The notes under the pieces were generated by a model, which saw only the letters and a list, made by a program, of their open reading frames with translations, was not told where the DNA came from and ran no database searches. Both the position numbers and the translations under genes were made by a program. A stretch of 64,000 nucleotides of DNA from a virus. The stretch is taken from IMG/VR virus record IMGVR_UViG_3300042549_007519, positions 6,174-70,173 of that record. The stretch is one strand, 5' to 3'. Shown here in pieces: positions 1 to 8,530 of the stretch (positions are counted from its first letter, which is position 1; each line of letters starts with the position of its first letter).

Positions 1-1
1 T

Positions 2-85
2 TATTATGAGATAACAGAAAACATAACCGACAAAGACCAAGTGATTTTTGTATTTAAAGGAAATATTTATGGAAGTAGAATTTAA
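2..85 (+). CDS. 3' end of a gene truncated by the window edge
   Basis: Frame 2 open from the edge (YYEITENITDKDQVIFVFKGNIYGSRI*); the stop overlaps the next gene. Confidence 0.5.
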   Translation, partial: YYEITENITDKDQVIFVFKGNIYGSRI

Positions 86-386
86 AAAATTACCAAGCAC
101 ATACGCTAAAGTCAAGTTTTTACTTGACAAAATGCCTGATTTGAGATTCGATTCAGATAAAACTATTTTTACCTACTATTTTTATGAGTTAGGTATGGAT
201 AAAATTAACGAAATGAGTGGGTATGATGTATTTACTTATTTCAATAGCAAATACACAGAAAAAACCGCTAAAATAGATAGTATATCGAGAGCAAGAAGGC
301 TAATACTTCAAAGGTTTCCAGAATTTAAAGCAAAACCTACTGAAGAAGAACCTAAAACATTATTCAAAGTAAAAAATCATGATTAA
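69..386 (+). CDS. hypothetical phage protein
   Basis: ORF 48..386; ATG at 69 is the likelier start. Confidence 0.6.
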   Translation: MEVEFKKLPSTYAKVKFLLDKMPDLRFDSDKTIFTYYFYELGMDKINEMSGYDVFTYFNSKYTEKTAKIDSISRARRLILQRFPEFKAKPTEEEPKTLFKVKNHD

Positions 387-411
387 TTTTTTGTAAAACC
401 AAAAAACATTC

Positions 412-435
412 GTAGTTTTGATACGAACTTTAAAA
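412..435 (+). promoter_or_regulatory. Bacteroidota-type promoter (TAnnTTTG) followed by shared GAACTTTAAAA element
   Basis: TAGTTTTG at 412-419 and GAACTTTAAAA at 425-435; same architecture at four minus-strand sites. Confidence 0.6.
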
Positions 436-445
436 CTTAATTAAA

Positions 446-748
446 ATGCAAGTTACCTTAATTACAACCGAAGGAGAAATTAAAAAAGTAAATATTAAAT
501 CTTTTAAAGATGCGAAACACTTTGTTTCAAAAGATTTTTACGAAAGTCCTATTGAAATGTTAACAATGGATGATGGTATATTAATGTTATTAGACGAAGA
601 AGGCAAATTAAAGGGATTAAAATTTAATCAAGAAGCTACTCGTAGAGCTAAAGATGATAATTTAATTTACCCAAGCGACTTTATAGCTGGAAACGTTATA
701 ATTGTTGATGATGTAGATGAGTTTGATAGTTTGGATTACCAAGAATAA
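446..748 (+). CDS. DUF3846-like phage protein
   Basis: LLDEEGKLKGLKFNQEAT...DFIAGNVII pattern. Confidence 0.65.
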   Translation: MQVTLITTEGEIKKVNIKSFKDAKHFVSKDFYESPIEMLTMDDGILMLLDEEGKLKGLKFNQEATRRAKDDNLIYPSDFIAGNVIIVDDVDEFDSLDYQE

Positions 749-775
749 AAAAAGAGGTGCGGAAACACCCCTTTT
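747..775 (-). terminator. intrinsic terminator, best on minus strand
   Basis: minus: AAAAGGGGTG-TTTCCG-CACCTCTTTTTTT; the stem is fully paired only on minus (G-U wobble). Confidence 0.65.
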
Positions 776-823
776 AATTTTCCAAGAAACTTTAATAACG
801 ACACTAATGGATAAAAGTGTAAT
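747..823 (-). ncRNA. candidate ~75-nt small RNA
   Basis: TATATTTG at 836-829, ACACT/AGTGT hairpin and strand-matched terminator; no ORF on this strand. Confidence 0.4.
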
Positions 824-908
824 TTCAACAAATATACAATTGTTTCAATTATAATGTTTTTCTATAAATTAATTTATTCAAAACAAAAACCAAATAAAAT
901 AGTTTACT

Positions 909-1199
909 TTGAAAACAAGATTTTATAAATACTTTTTTTTAGGTCTTGAAAAGCCAATTATAATGGAAGCTGAAAGCAAAAACGATGCAGACCAAATGCT
1001 TGTTGAATTGCAATACAAATCTAAAACTCCAATAGATATTAATAGACTTATAGATGTTCGTGTAGAAACGCCAATAGCAGGTATTTCAACTCGAAAAAGA
1101 AATGACATAAGTTACGTTTGGGTCGGCAAAGAATATACTCGAAATGGATGGCTCGAACAAGAAGAATACGATAAAATAAATAACTTGAACAAAAAATAA
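909..1199 (+). CDS. hypothetical phage protein
   Basis: ORF with TTG start, abuts the exonuclease gene. Confidence 0.6.
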   Translation: MKTRFYKYFFLGLEKPIIMEAESKNDADQMLVELQYKSKTPIDINRLIDVRVETPIAGISTRKRNDISYVWVGKEYTRNGWLEQEEYDKINNLNKK

Positions 1200-1200
1200 A

Positions 1201-1983
1201 ATGAAAATCTCTCAATCATTCGTAAAAGAATACAGTAAGTATAAACAAAAAAAAGCCTGCGGTTTACAAGTCAAAGCAAAGTATGTAGATGGTATTAAAT
1301 TTCCATCAACCCCTACAATGGAATTGGGTAATTTTTTTGAGTTCATGGCGACTGGGTGCTTACCGAGAACTGGCGAAATACCTACTCCAGAAATGGTTTA
1401 CAAAGGTACTGCAAAAGAGAAATTAGCAACTGATTATGAAAGAGCCAATGCAAGTGCCGAGTTCTTTAAAAAAGTAGTTGACCGATACAAAATTGAAATC
1501 CTTGAAACTGGAAAAATAATCACTAAAGAAAACCGAACTGGCATTTTAGATATAGTGGCTAAATTTCAAAATAGGTTATGCGTTATTGATTTAAAGTATA
1601 GCGGACTATTAGAGGACAAATGGAATGAGTTAGGGTGGGAAACTGAATCTTTGCCTTATAAAGATAATTTAATGATACAAGCGGTACACTACACTATTCT
1701 ATTAGCCGAAGTATGCGAAGTAGATTATGAGGATATTGACTTTTATTTTTTCATATTCAATTCAAAAGACCCAGAGGATGCTAAAATCATTAAAATAAAT
1801 ATTGACCCTGATGTTTATGAAAGTCATTTAGAAGCGGTTGACAAAATTTATGAAGAAGTGGTTTTAAATAATCACAACTTTAAGGCTTACCCAAGTCTAA
1901 AACTTTGTAATAGTTGTCCGCTTACTGATTGTAAACACAAAATAACTGTTCCAAATATAGAACAAGTCTATTATACGATATAA
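1201..1983 (+). CDS. PD-(D/E)XK exonuclease (RecB/Cas4-like), RecT partner
   Basis: GILDIV..VIDLKYS..QAVHY motifs; N-terminal Cys plus C-terminal CxxC-x4-C; upstream of RecT. Confidence 0.75.
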   Translation: MKISQSFVKEYSKYKQKKACGLQVKAKYVDGIKFPSTPTMELGNFFEFMATGCLPRTGEIPTPEMVYKGTAKEKLATDYERANASAEFFKKVVDRYKIEILETGKIITKENRTGILDIVAKFQNRLCVIDLKYSGLLEDKWNELGWETESLPYKDNLMIQAVHYTILLAEVCEVDYEDIDFYFFIFNSKDPEDAKIIKINIDPDVYESHLEAVDKIYEEVVLNNHNFKAYPSLKLCNSCPLTDCKHKITVPNIEQVYYTI

Positions 1984-2231
1984 TGATAAATGAAAGAGAA
2001 ATAGATTATGCAATTAGTTTAATTCAAGCAGATATTCAATACTATATTCGTTATAAATCTCAATTAAAAAAGTTTACAGCTGATAATAGAAGTGATATAT
2101 CTAAAGCAAATATGATTAAGATTTTTTCAGAAATAGAAAAGATAACATTGCATATTCAAAAACTTAAAAACCAAGAACAAGAACTTTTAAAACTTTTAGA
2201 TAAAATTTACTATGGAAACAACACCGATTAA
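1983..2231 (+). CDS. hypothetical coiled-coil protein
   Basis: ORF translationally coupled to its neighbours. Confidence 0.55.
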   Translation: MINEREIDYAISLIQADIQYYIRYKSQLKKFTADNRSDISKANMIKIFSEIEKITLHIQKLKNQEQELLKLLDKIYYGNNTD

Positions 2232-3066
2232 CAACGCCCCTGCTCCGAAAAGAGAATTATCATTGATTGATAAGTTTTCTCAAACTATGGGTATTTATGA
2301 GCAAAAGAACCTTGCAGAACTACTTCAAAATTCAAGTTTTACTCCTGCCAAGTTTAAGCAAGTAGTGATTACTGAAATTAAGAAAAATGTAAAATTGCAA
2401 GAAGCTTTTTTGAAAAATCCAGCAAGTTTGTTCGCAAGTATATTACATTGTGCTGAACTTGACCTTTCTCCAAGTCAAATGATAGGCGAATTTTTCTTTA
2501 TTCCTTTCAAAGATACCATAACACCAGTATTAGGATATAAAGGTCTTATAACGCTTCTATTGAGGTCGGATAAAATTAAGAAGATTTGGACTGAAGTAGT
2601 TTATGAAGAAGATGACTTTATTTACGAAATGGGTTTAGAGCCAAAATTAGTACACATACCTAATCATGATGCAGATAGAAGTAACTCTAAAATAAAATTT
2701 GTGTATGCTTGTGCTAAATTAGAAGATAATGAAGTTACTTTTAAGGTAATGTCAACTAAAGAGGTAAAAGGTGTTATTAATACCCTTAAAGTTTCAAATG
2801 AATTATACTTTAATGACAAAAAAGACCCAGAGAATTGGATGATTAAAAAAGTGGTTTTAAAACAATTAGCTAAAACGCTACCTAAACAAGATGACCGATT
2901 GAAAAAAGCTATTTCTACCGATGATAATGTTGAAGGTGGAAGCTATTTAATCATAGATGATAATGATAACGTTAGAATGGTGCAAGGGAATATAATAGGT
3001 ACGAGAAAAAATAGCCTTTATAATGCCTTGAATACAAAAAACGAAGCTGAACTAATTAGTGAATAA
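2212..3066 (+). CDS. recT: RecT-family ssDNA annealing recombinase
   Basis: SLFASILHCAELDLSP, FFIPF, LGYKGLITL, VVYEEDDF, WMIKKVVLKQLAKTLP motifs. Confidence 0.9.
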   Translation: METTPINNAPAPKRELSLIDKFSQTMGIYEQKNLAELLQNSSFTPAKFKQVVITEIKKNVKLQEAFLKNPASLFASILHCAELDLSPSQMIGEFFFIPFKDTITPVLGYKGLITLLLRSDKIKKIWTEVVYEEDDFIYEMGLEPKLVHIPNHDADRSNSKIKFVYACAKLEDNEVTFKVMSTKEVKGVINTLKVSNELYFNDKKDPENWMIKKVVLKQLAKTLPKQDDRLKKAISTDDNVEGGSYLIIDDNDNVRMVQGNIIGTRKNSLYNALNTKNEAELISE

Positions 3067-3086
3067 TTTTTATTACATTTGCTATT

Positions 3087-3190
3087 CAGATTTTGCTTTC
3101 TGCAAAGCCAAAACACCTGACCTATTTCAAACTTATTTTAAATTAAATTGTTAAGAAAAAAAATGACCGAGTAAAATCGGTCTTTTTTTT
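3087..3190 (+). ncRNA. candidate ~100-nt small RNA
   Basis: TACATTTG at 3074-3081, hairpin near 3090-3113, terminator; no ORF. Confidence 0.3.
3165..3190 (+). terminator. intrinsic terminator at the convergent junction (probably bidirectional)
   Basis: GACCGA-gtaaaa-TCGGTC-T8 with an upstream A-tract. Confidence 0.8.
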
Positions 3191-3193
3191 ATT

Positions 3194-3535
3194 TTATATT
3201 TTTATAGAGCCACCTATATAATTATTACTGAACATGTATATTGTAGTTCCAGAATAGGTAAAAATACCAACATTAAGAGTATTTAAAGCATCTACATATC
3301 CTTGAATAGTTGCAGTAACATTATTGAAAAAATATTGTAACAATGTAGATGGAGCTGAAACACTATAATATCCGAAAACCCAAGTAGAAGTAGTAAAAGT
3401 TTCTCCTGACATATCAAACTCGTAAACAGTTTTTATATTGTTTAAAGCATTTGGGTCTTGAATAACTCCTAATATAGAAATTGGTAATTCTGAAGGAACA
3501 TTATTTGTTATTTTTAAATTTATAGCTGTTATCAT
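3194..3535 (-). CDS. beta-rich putative structural protein, weakly similar to the MCP N-terminal part
   Basis: INLKITN..ISILG and C-terminal GSIKI resemble MCP IVDITS..FEVLG and GSITI. Confidence 0.5.
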   Translation of the reverse strand: MITAINLKITNNVPSELPISILGVIQDPNALNNIKTVYEFDMSGETFTTSTWVFGYYSVSAPSTLLQYFFNNVTATIQGYVDALNTLNVGIFTYSGTTIYMFSNNYIGGSIKI

Positions 3536-3996
3536 ATTTTATTTTTTCTAATTAAATAAGTTACAAATATGCCTATTAAAACTATTGAACCCCACTTAAA
3601 TACTTGGTTGCTTACTAATTTTTTGTCAGTTACAAAGTTTACATAATGCTCACAATTAAAATTTATAAAGTCATATTTATAACCTTTCAAAGCTTCATAC
3701 ATTTGGGTCAAGTCCTTACTTCCTAAATTAGTTTTACTTACTGAAATAATATCTTTTCCTTTTATGTAACTTTCAAGCGGTTCACAAATTAGATTGCCAC
3801 CATTTGAATTTATTTTATCGGTTTGCAAATGATAAATATAAAGGCTATCTCCTTGTTTTTCTACAATTGCATAATGATATAATATTGGCAAAATATCTAC
3901 TTTCAGTTTGATTAAATCCCCAGTTTCAAGTTTAGATATTGTATGCTCTCTATTTTGTATTTTAATTTCGTTTAAATCACTTAAATTATATGACAT
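3532..3996 (-). CDS. LRAT-like (permuted NlpC/P60) protein with C-terminal TM
   Basis: HYAIV, IYH, YDFINFNCEHYV motifs; likely start MSYNL at 3996. Confidence 0.75.
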   Translation of the reverse strand: MSYNLSDLNEIKIQNREHTISKLETGDLIKLKVDILPILYHYAIVEKQGDSLYIYHLQTDKINSNGGNLICEPLESYIKGKDIISVSKTNLGSKDLTQMYEALKGYKYDFINFNCEHYVNFVTDKKLVSNQVFKWGSIVLIGIFVTYLIRKNKI

Positions 3997-4426
3997 CTTT
4001 AAATTGTTTAAAAAAATCATTATCAAAAAAAGAAGTTGCAGAAACATAATCTCTTAATGCAAGTTGATTAACATAAATACTCATATAAATAGATTCATTT
4101 GGCAAAACATTTATATCAAAAGTAGTCTGTCCATTTAAAACAACATCATCTTTTGACATTTTAAAAAAAACTGATTTTTGATATTGATAAGGGTCAACAG
4201 TTGGTTTTTGCTCAAACGATTTTATATAACCATTAACATCATATTTTTCTACTTTAAAACCATTTAATATTTGAGAATTTGAATTGGCTTTCATGTATAT
4301 TCCATCAACTCCATAAACAAAACTACCCATAGAATTTAAAATAGATTCATAGGAAGTTCCATCGGTACTTACTACCGAAATTACACCATTTGTGTATGTG
4401 GTCGTTGTTGCAACTACTGTTCCCAT
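3986..4426 (-). CDS. capsid-protein paralog (putative minor capsid protein)
   Basis: SYESIL..QIL..DVNG..PTVDPYQYQ aligns with MCP NYREML..QVL..DANG..PTIDPYQQQ. Confidence 0.7.
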   Translation of the reverse strand: MGTVVATTTTYTNGVISVVSTDGTSYESILNSMGSFVYGVDGIYMKANSNSQILNGFKVEKYDVNGYIKSFEQKPTVDPYQYQKSVFFKMSKDDVVLNGQTTFDINVLPNESIYMSIYVNQLALRDYVSATSFFDNDFFKQFKDVI

Positions 4427-4430
4427 TTTA

Positions 4431-4778
4431 TTATTTTTCTACTTCTTCTTCAGCAACTACACTACCTTTTTTATTCATAGCTTTTAATAACCCTGTTTTT
4501 TTAGATATAAGCACTTTAACTCCATTTTCTTTTAAAATAATAGCACTTAATTTATCTAATTCAGCTTTATTTTCGCCAGAATTAATAGCTTCACGCATTG
4601 CTTGAAGTCCTACAACGGCATTTTCTTTTTCTTTTTTTACATCTTCAGTAGCTTCTTTTGGCTCTGCATATTTATTGTTAACAGATTTTTCCGCATTGTC
4701 TTTTTTAGGCTTAAATATCCATATTAATCCTAAAGCCACACCTAATGTTATCAATAATGTTTTTACTTCTTTATTCAT
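4431..4778 (-). CDS. membrane protein, N-terminal TM
   Basis: LLITLGVALGLIWIF then KPKK. Confidence 0.7.
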   Translation of the reverse strand: MNKEVKTLLITLGVALGLIWIFKPKKDNAEKSVNNKYAEPKEATEDVKKEKENAVVGLQAMREAINSGENKAELDKLSAIILKENGVKVLISKKTGLLKAMNKKGSVVAEEEVEK

Positions 4779-5188
4779 CGTTTTTTTAATTTTATAAGCA
4801 TTAAAACGTATATTAAAACACCTATTCCAATTCCTGCGTAAAGATACTTTTTTTTATTATCATCTTCTGAAATAAGTTTTTCTATTTTTGCTTTGTCAAT
4901 ATATTGAAAAACAATTTTTTGTCTTTCTAATTCGCTACTTACTTGTTGAACTTTTTGCAACAATTCCGCTTGCTTTTTAGCATCTAATTGAGAAATTTCT
5001 TTTTCAAATCTTTTTTGGTCTTTTTTAGCTGATGAAGCAAAAGCAATTTGAACAACAGTAGTCGCAACAAATGAAATAGCTTCAGAATAGCCACCTAAAC
5101 CACCGCCTTTTGCTCCGCTTGTAGCACTCGAACCAACTCCGCTTGTAGTTGATTTAGCACCGCCTAATATCCCATCAAATAATCCCAT
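4775..5188 (-). CDS. membrane protein, Gly-rich N-terminus, coiled coil, C-terminal TM
   Basis: YLYAGIGIGVLIYVLMLI-KLKKR. Confidence 0.7.
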   Translation of the reverse strand: MGLFDGILGGAKSTTSGVGSSATSGAKGGGLGGYSEAISFVATTVVQIAFASSAKKDQKRFEKEISQLDAKKQAELLQKVQQVSSELERQKIVFQYIDKAKIEKLISEDDNKKKYLYAGIGIGVLIYVLMLIKLKKR

Positions 5189-5190
5189 TA

Positions 5191-5535
5191 CTATTGTTTT
5201 TTATAACTTCCACCTATTAAAGCTACTCCATAAATTAATGAAATTCCCAATCCACTACCTGCTACATAAATCCATGTGTCTTTTAGCCTTTGAGTACTTT
5301 CCTTTTGAAGTGCAATCTTATATCCCAACAAAGAATCAGCAAGTATTTTTGTTCTTTCTGTTTCTCCAAGTAATTTTAATTCTTCGTATTTAAGTTTTTC
5401 TTGCGAGGTTAAGTTTGCCAAAAACATTGCTTTTTGTAATTCTCTTTGTTTTTTAGCTTCTTTTTTAGCCTTTGCTCCACCTATAACACTTGTTATGACT
5501 GAAACACCTATTCCTGCTACTGCTACATAACTCAT
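5191..5535 (-). CDS. membrane protein with two hydrophobic segments, similar layout to 4775..5188
   Basis: hydrophobic N-terminus, coiled coil, WIYVAGSGLGISLIYGVALIG. Confidence 0.7.
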   Translation of the reverse strand: MSYVAVAGIGVSVITSVIGGAKAKKEAKKQRELQKAMFLANLTSQEKLKYEELKLLGETERTKILADSLLGYKIALQKESTQRLKDTWIYVAGSGLGISLIYGVALIGGSYKKQ

Positions 5536-5541
5536 TTCTTG

Positions 5542-6024
5542 TTATTTTAATTGTTTATAATTATCATATTCCTCAAATGAAGAAACTACAAATTTTTCTT
5601 CTAACTTATCTATGTTTTCTTCTCCATCTGGATTAGGATGCACATTTACAAAAACAGAATCTTCAACTGCAACTACAACTCTTTTTGTTCCTGCTGGGGA
5701 TTTTCCATAACAAGGTGCAACCATTTCTTGAACTCCGTTTTCAGTACATAACATTAATTTGCCTTTCAACAAAAAAAATGCGTGGTCGTGCTTATGAATT
5801 TTACCAATAGCAAAAACGCCTTGTTTTAAAAAAATTTCTCTTACATAAATACCATCACAAAAAGTATGAGTTAATGGTAAAGCTTCTGAATTACCAATAA
5901 TAACATCTGGAGAACCACTATTTATTAATAGTTTTTCAAGATATTCAACTTGTTCATGAAAATTTGAGCCATCTTGGTTAAAAAAAACATCGCTTTCTTT
6001 GGTTGCTATTTCTTGGTTTGTCAT
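5542..6024 (-). CDS. cupin-fold phage protein
   Basis: HTFCDGIYVRE..GKIHKHDH..PAGTKR..NVHPNP. Confidence 0.7.
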   Translation of the reverse strand: MTNQEIATKESDVFFNQDGSNFHEQVEYLEKLLINSGSPDVIIGNSEALPLTHTFCDGIYVREIFLKQGVFAIGKIHKHDHAFFLLKGKLMLCTENGVQEMVAPCYGKSPAGTKRVVVAVEDSVFVNVHPNPDGEENIDKLEEKFVVSSFEEYDNYKQLK

Positions 6025-6025
6025 T

Positions 6026-6637
6026 TTAACCTATTTTATTAATTGTCAAAGTAGCCGATGGACTATCTGGTTTGCCAGAAGTACCAGCAGTAGCACTTAA
6101 TTGAACATCACTACTATTTGTAAAACCATAAAAATATAATTGTTCTGTACCATCTAATTCTAAAGTAATATTATAATTAAATAAAATAAAAACATCTGCA
6201 TTTAATTTATATATTTTATTTGAATCGCTAATGTTATCATTTGCATTTTGCATCCAAATATTAACTTGTCTTAACGAAGCATCTTTATTGTTTAATTGTA
6301 AAGACAAATTAAAATTATAAATTCCTGCTTCTGAAACAGTTATTTTTCTATCAGCATCAGTAATTGTTATACCATTTCGTACTATTAAATTCCCAAATGA
6401 TAATACTATATTATTTGTTGCATTAAAAACTTGGTTTTGTCCGCTTAAAGCATATAGATATATATAATCTGTTGTTGGTGGTGTAGGTGGTATTACAATA
6501 TAATCGCTTAAATCTTGGACATTTCCCCTAACATCTTTGACTTTCATTACATCATCATCTCCATCAACAAAAATAGCCAAGCTATTCCCATCTGGCGATT
6601 TTATATTGTTTGCACTTGATTTTGTTACATTTCCCAT
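6026..6637 (-). CDS. putative spike/receptor-binding protein with C1q/TNF-like head
   Basis: ITVSEAGIYNFNLSLQL; PPTPP linker; N-terminus shared with 6643..7188. Confidence 0.6.
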   Translation of the reverse strand: MGNVTKSSANNIKSPDGNSLAIFVDGDDDVMKVKDVRGNVQDLSDYIVIPPTPPTTDYIYLYALSGQNQVFNATNNIVLSFGNLIVRNGITITDADRKITVSEAGIYNFNLSLQLNNKDASLRQVNIWMQNANDNISDSNKIYKLNADVFILFNYNITLELDGTEQLYFYGFTNSSDVQLSATAGTSGKPDSPSATLTINKIG

Positions 6638-7191
6638 TTTTTTTATAAAATTTGATATACGCCACAAATATCAAAGTGGCTTGTTATTGTTGTTGCACCT
6701 ACTGGCGTATTAAATTTCCAATTCAAATCAGTTGTACTTCCAGAATAATATAATTTGTGTATTGTTGAACTAATTGACAAATCTGTAATGCCTGCAATGT
6801 GATATAACGAATTACCAGTTGTTTGGTGTAGTGTTCCATTTGCTTGTCGCATTGTTTCTACGCTTGCAAAAGGTAATGTTATTTGATATTGACCAGTACC
6901 AAAATTAGTACAGTCAGCAAAATCAACATAAACTCTAAAAAAACAAATGTTTGGAGCTATCATAGTATAAGAGCCTGTTGCTGTTACACCATCCAATGTT
7001 CCAGAAGCATCTGTAAACAAAGGATTAAATGATTGTGATGAAGGATTTACATAATCGCTTAAATCTTGCACATTTCCCCTAACATCTTTAACCTTAATTG
7101 TATTGTCATCTCCATCTACAAAAATAGCCAAACTATTCCCATCTGGAGATTTTATATTGTTTGCACTTGATTTTGTTACATTTCCCATTTT
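6500..7191. repeat. ~140-bp near-identical direct repeat (6500-6640 / 7051-7191)
   Basis: encodes the shared MGNVTKSSANNIKSPDGNSLAIFVDGDD...DLSDY. Confidence 0.9.
6643..7188 (-). CDS. putative spike/receptor-binding protein
   Basis: same 47-aa N-terminus; head with GSYTMI..FRVYVDF..GTGQYQITLPF, typical of fibre tips. Confidence 0.6.
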   Translation of the reverse strand: MGNVTKSSANNIKSPDGNSLAIFVDGDDNTIKVKDVRGNVQDLSDYVNPSSQSFNPLFTDASGTLDGVTATGSYTMIAPNICFFRVYVDFADCTNFGTGQYQITLPFASVETMRQANGTLHQTTGNSLYHIAGITDLSISSTIHKLYYSGSTTDLNWKFNTPVGATTITSHFDICGVYQIL

Positions 7192-7501
7192 AGCTAAATA
7201 TTTTATCCCAATACCTTAAAACAAATCCATAAAGAATACCAACAACTGTTACACCACCTATGATTTTAGCTTTATAAGACTTATCTTCTTCAATATATTT
7301 CCTATGCTCATTAACTTGCTCTACAAGTCCTTTCTGACCATATTCCTTATTGCCTATTACTGTTTGGTTTAATTTTATTAATGAAATTTCCATTTCATTT
7401 AGCTTTCCATTCATTTTAGTCAACATATCTTTTATAAAAGTCATATCGCTTTCTGGAACGCTAATCATAGATTCTTTTTTACTTGCTCTTTCTATTGCCA
7501 T
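7190..7501 (-). CDS. coiled-coil protein with C-terminal TM
   Basis: IIGGVTVVGILYGFVL. Confidence 0.65.
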   Translation of the reverse strand: MAIERASKKESMISVPESDMTFIKDMLTKMNGKLNEMEISLIKLNQTVIGNKEYGQKGLVEQVNEHRKYIEEDKSYKAKIIGGVTVVGILYGFVLRYWDKIFS

Positions 7502-7502
7502 T

Positions 7503-7928
7503 TTACAATCCTAATTTTTCTAAATGCTTGGATAACGGAACTACTTTAATTTTTTTCAAAGGTTTGTTTTCTTCAATTTGATAAAAACCTAAACCTACGC
7601 CTTGTTTTTTATTGTTATCTTCATATTTGAAAATAAAGCAACAAACTTGACTTACATTAGTTTCGCTTTCTTCAGCACATTCAATTAAACTTTTTTTCAA
7701 AAAAGGACTTGCTAAAGCTTCATAGCCAAACATATCCAATTTTTTGTCCATAATTTGTAAAAACCTAACTTCTTCTTCTTCAATATAGTTTTTACACATT
7801 TTGTAAATCACACTACCATTTGGGTCATCTGATACTTTAATCTGAACCTCAAGGTCTTTTAAACCATAATTTTTAGCATATTTTTCAATACCTGTAAACA
7901 TGATTTTTTTAACAATTCCTTCAATCAT
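7503..7928 (-). CDS. hypothetical protein
   Basis: ORF within the operon. Confidence 0.6.
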   Translation of the reverse strand: MIEGIVKKIMFTGIEKYAKNYGLKDLEVQIKVSDDPNGSVIYKMCKNYIEEEEVRFLQIMDKKLDMFGYEALASPFLKKSLIECAEESETNVSQVCCFIFKYEDNNKKQGVGLGFYQIEENKPLKKIKVVPLSKHLEKLGL

Positions 7929-7962
7929 TATTTTGTATTTTAAGTTTCTTGATTCAAAAATA

Positions 7963-8526
7963 CTATTTTATTCCCAATGCTTGAAACACTTTTGAATATT
8001 TATCTTTAAGTTTTTGATATTTTTCTCCAAAACCATATTCAGAAATTAAATCACTTGAATAATTAAATTTCTCTTTGTTGAATGTAATTGTAGAATTTAC
8101 GTTCATAAAAACAATTTTTACAACTCCCTCAACTTCAATGTCAATTGGTTTTTGTTTCAATACATTATTTAAAAAAGAAGGTAAACTTTCTTTTAAATCA
8201 TTAACGTTTATAATTCCAACTCCAGTTACTTCAAATGAACTATTTGGCTCAATTATAGTTTGTTTTTTAGACACTACATCTGAAAACTTTTTACCATTGT
8301 AGAATAATTTTAAATCAAATGAATTAATTATTAATTTGAAGTTTGACTTATTAGTTATTTCAATAGTTGCACTTACTTTTACATCGTTACCGCTAATACC
8401 TAAATACTTGAAATTCTTAATTTTATAATCGTATTTCATTGCCAAATCAACTTGGTATTTGAAGTATCTATATAATCCAAAACCAGCCAATCCAATTCCA
8501 CCTATTATTAATGCTTTTTTTAACAT
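7963..8526 (-). CDS. LEA_2/WHy-like beta-sandwich protein with N-terminal TM
   Basis: IEITNKSNFKLIINSFDLKLFYNGKKF..IEPNS pattern. Confidence 0.7.
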   Translation of the reverse strand: MLKKALIIGGIGLAGFGLYRYFKYQVDLAMKYDYKIKNFKYLGISGNDVKVSATIEITNKSNFKLIINSFDLKLFYNGKKFSDVVSKKQTIIEPNSSFEVTGVGIINVNDLKESLPSFLNNVLKQKPIDIEVEGVVKIVFMNVNSTITFNKEKFNYSSDLISEYGFGEKYQKLKDKYSKVFQALGIK

Positions 8527-8530
8527 AATT

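Noticed and set aside
1201-1983. CRISPR-associated Cas4
   Set aside because: Cas4-like fold, but it sits in a RecT operon with no cas1 or array, so it is better read as a recombination exonuclease.
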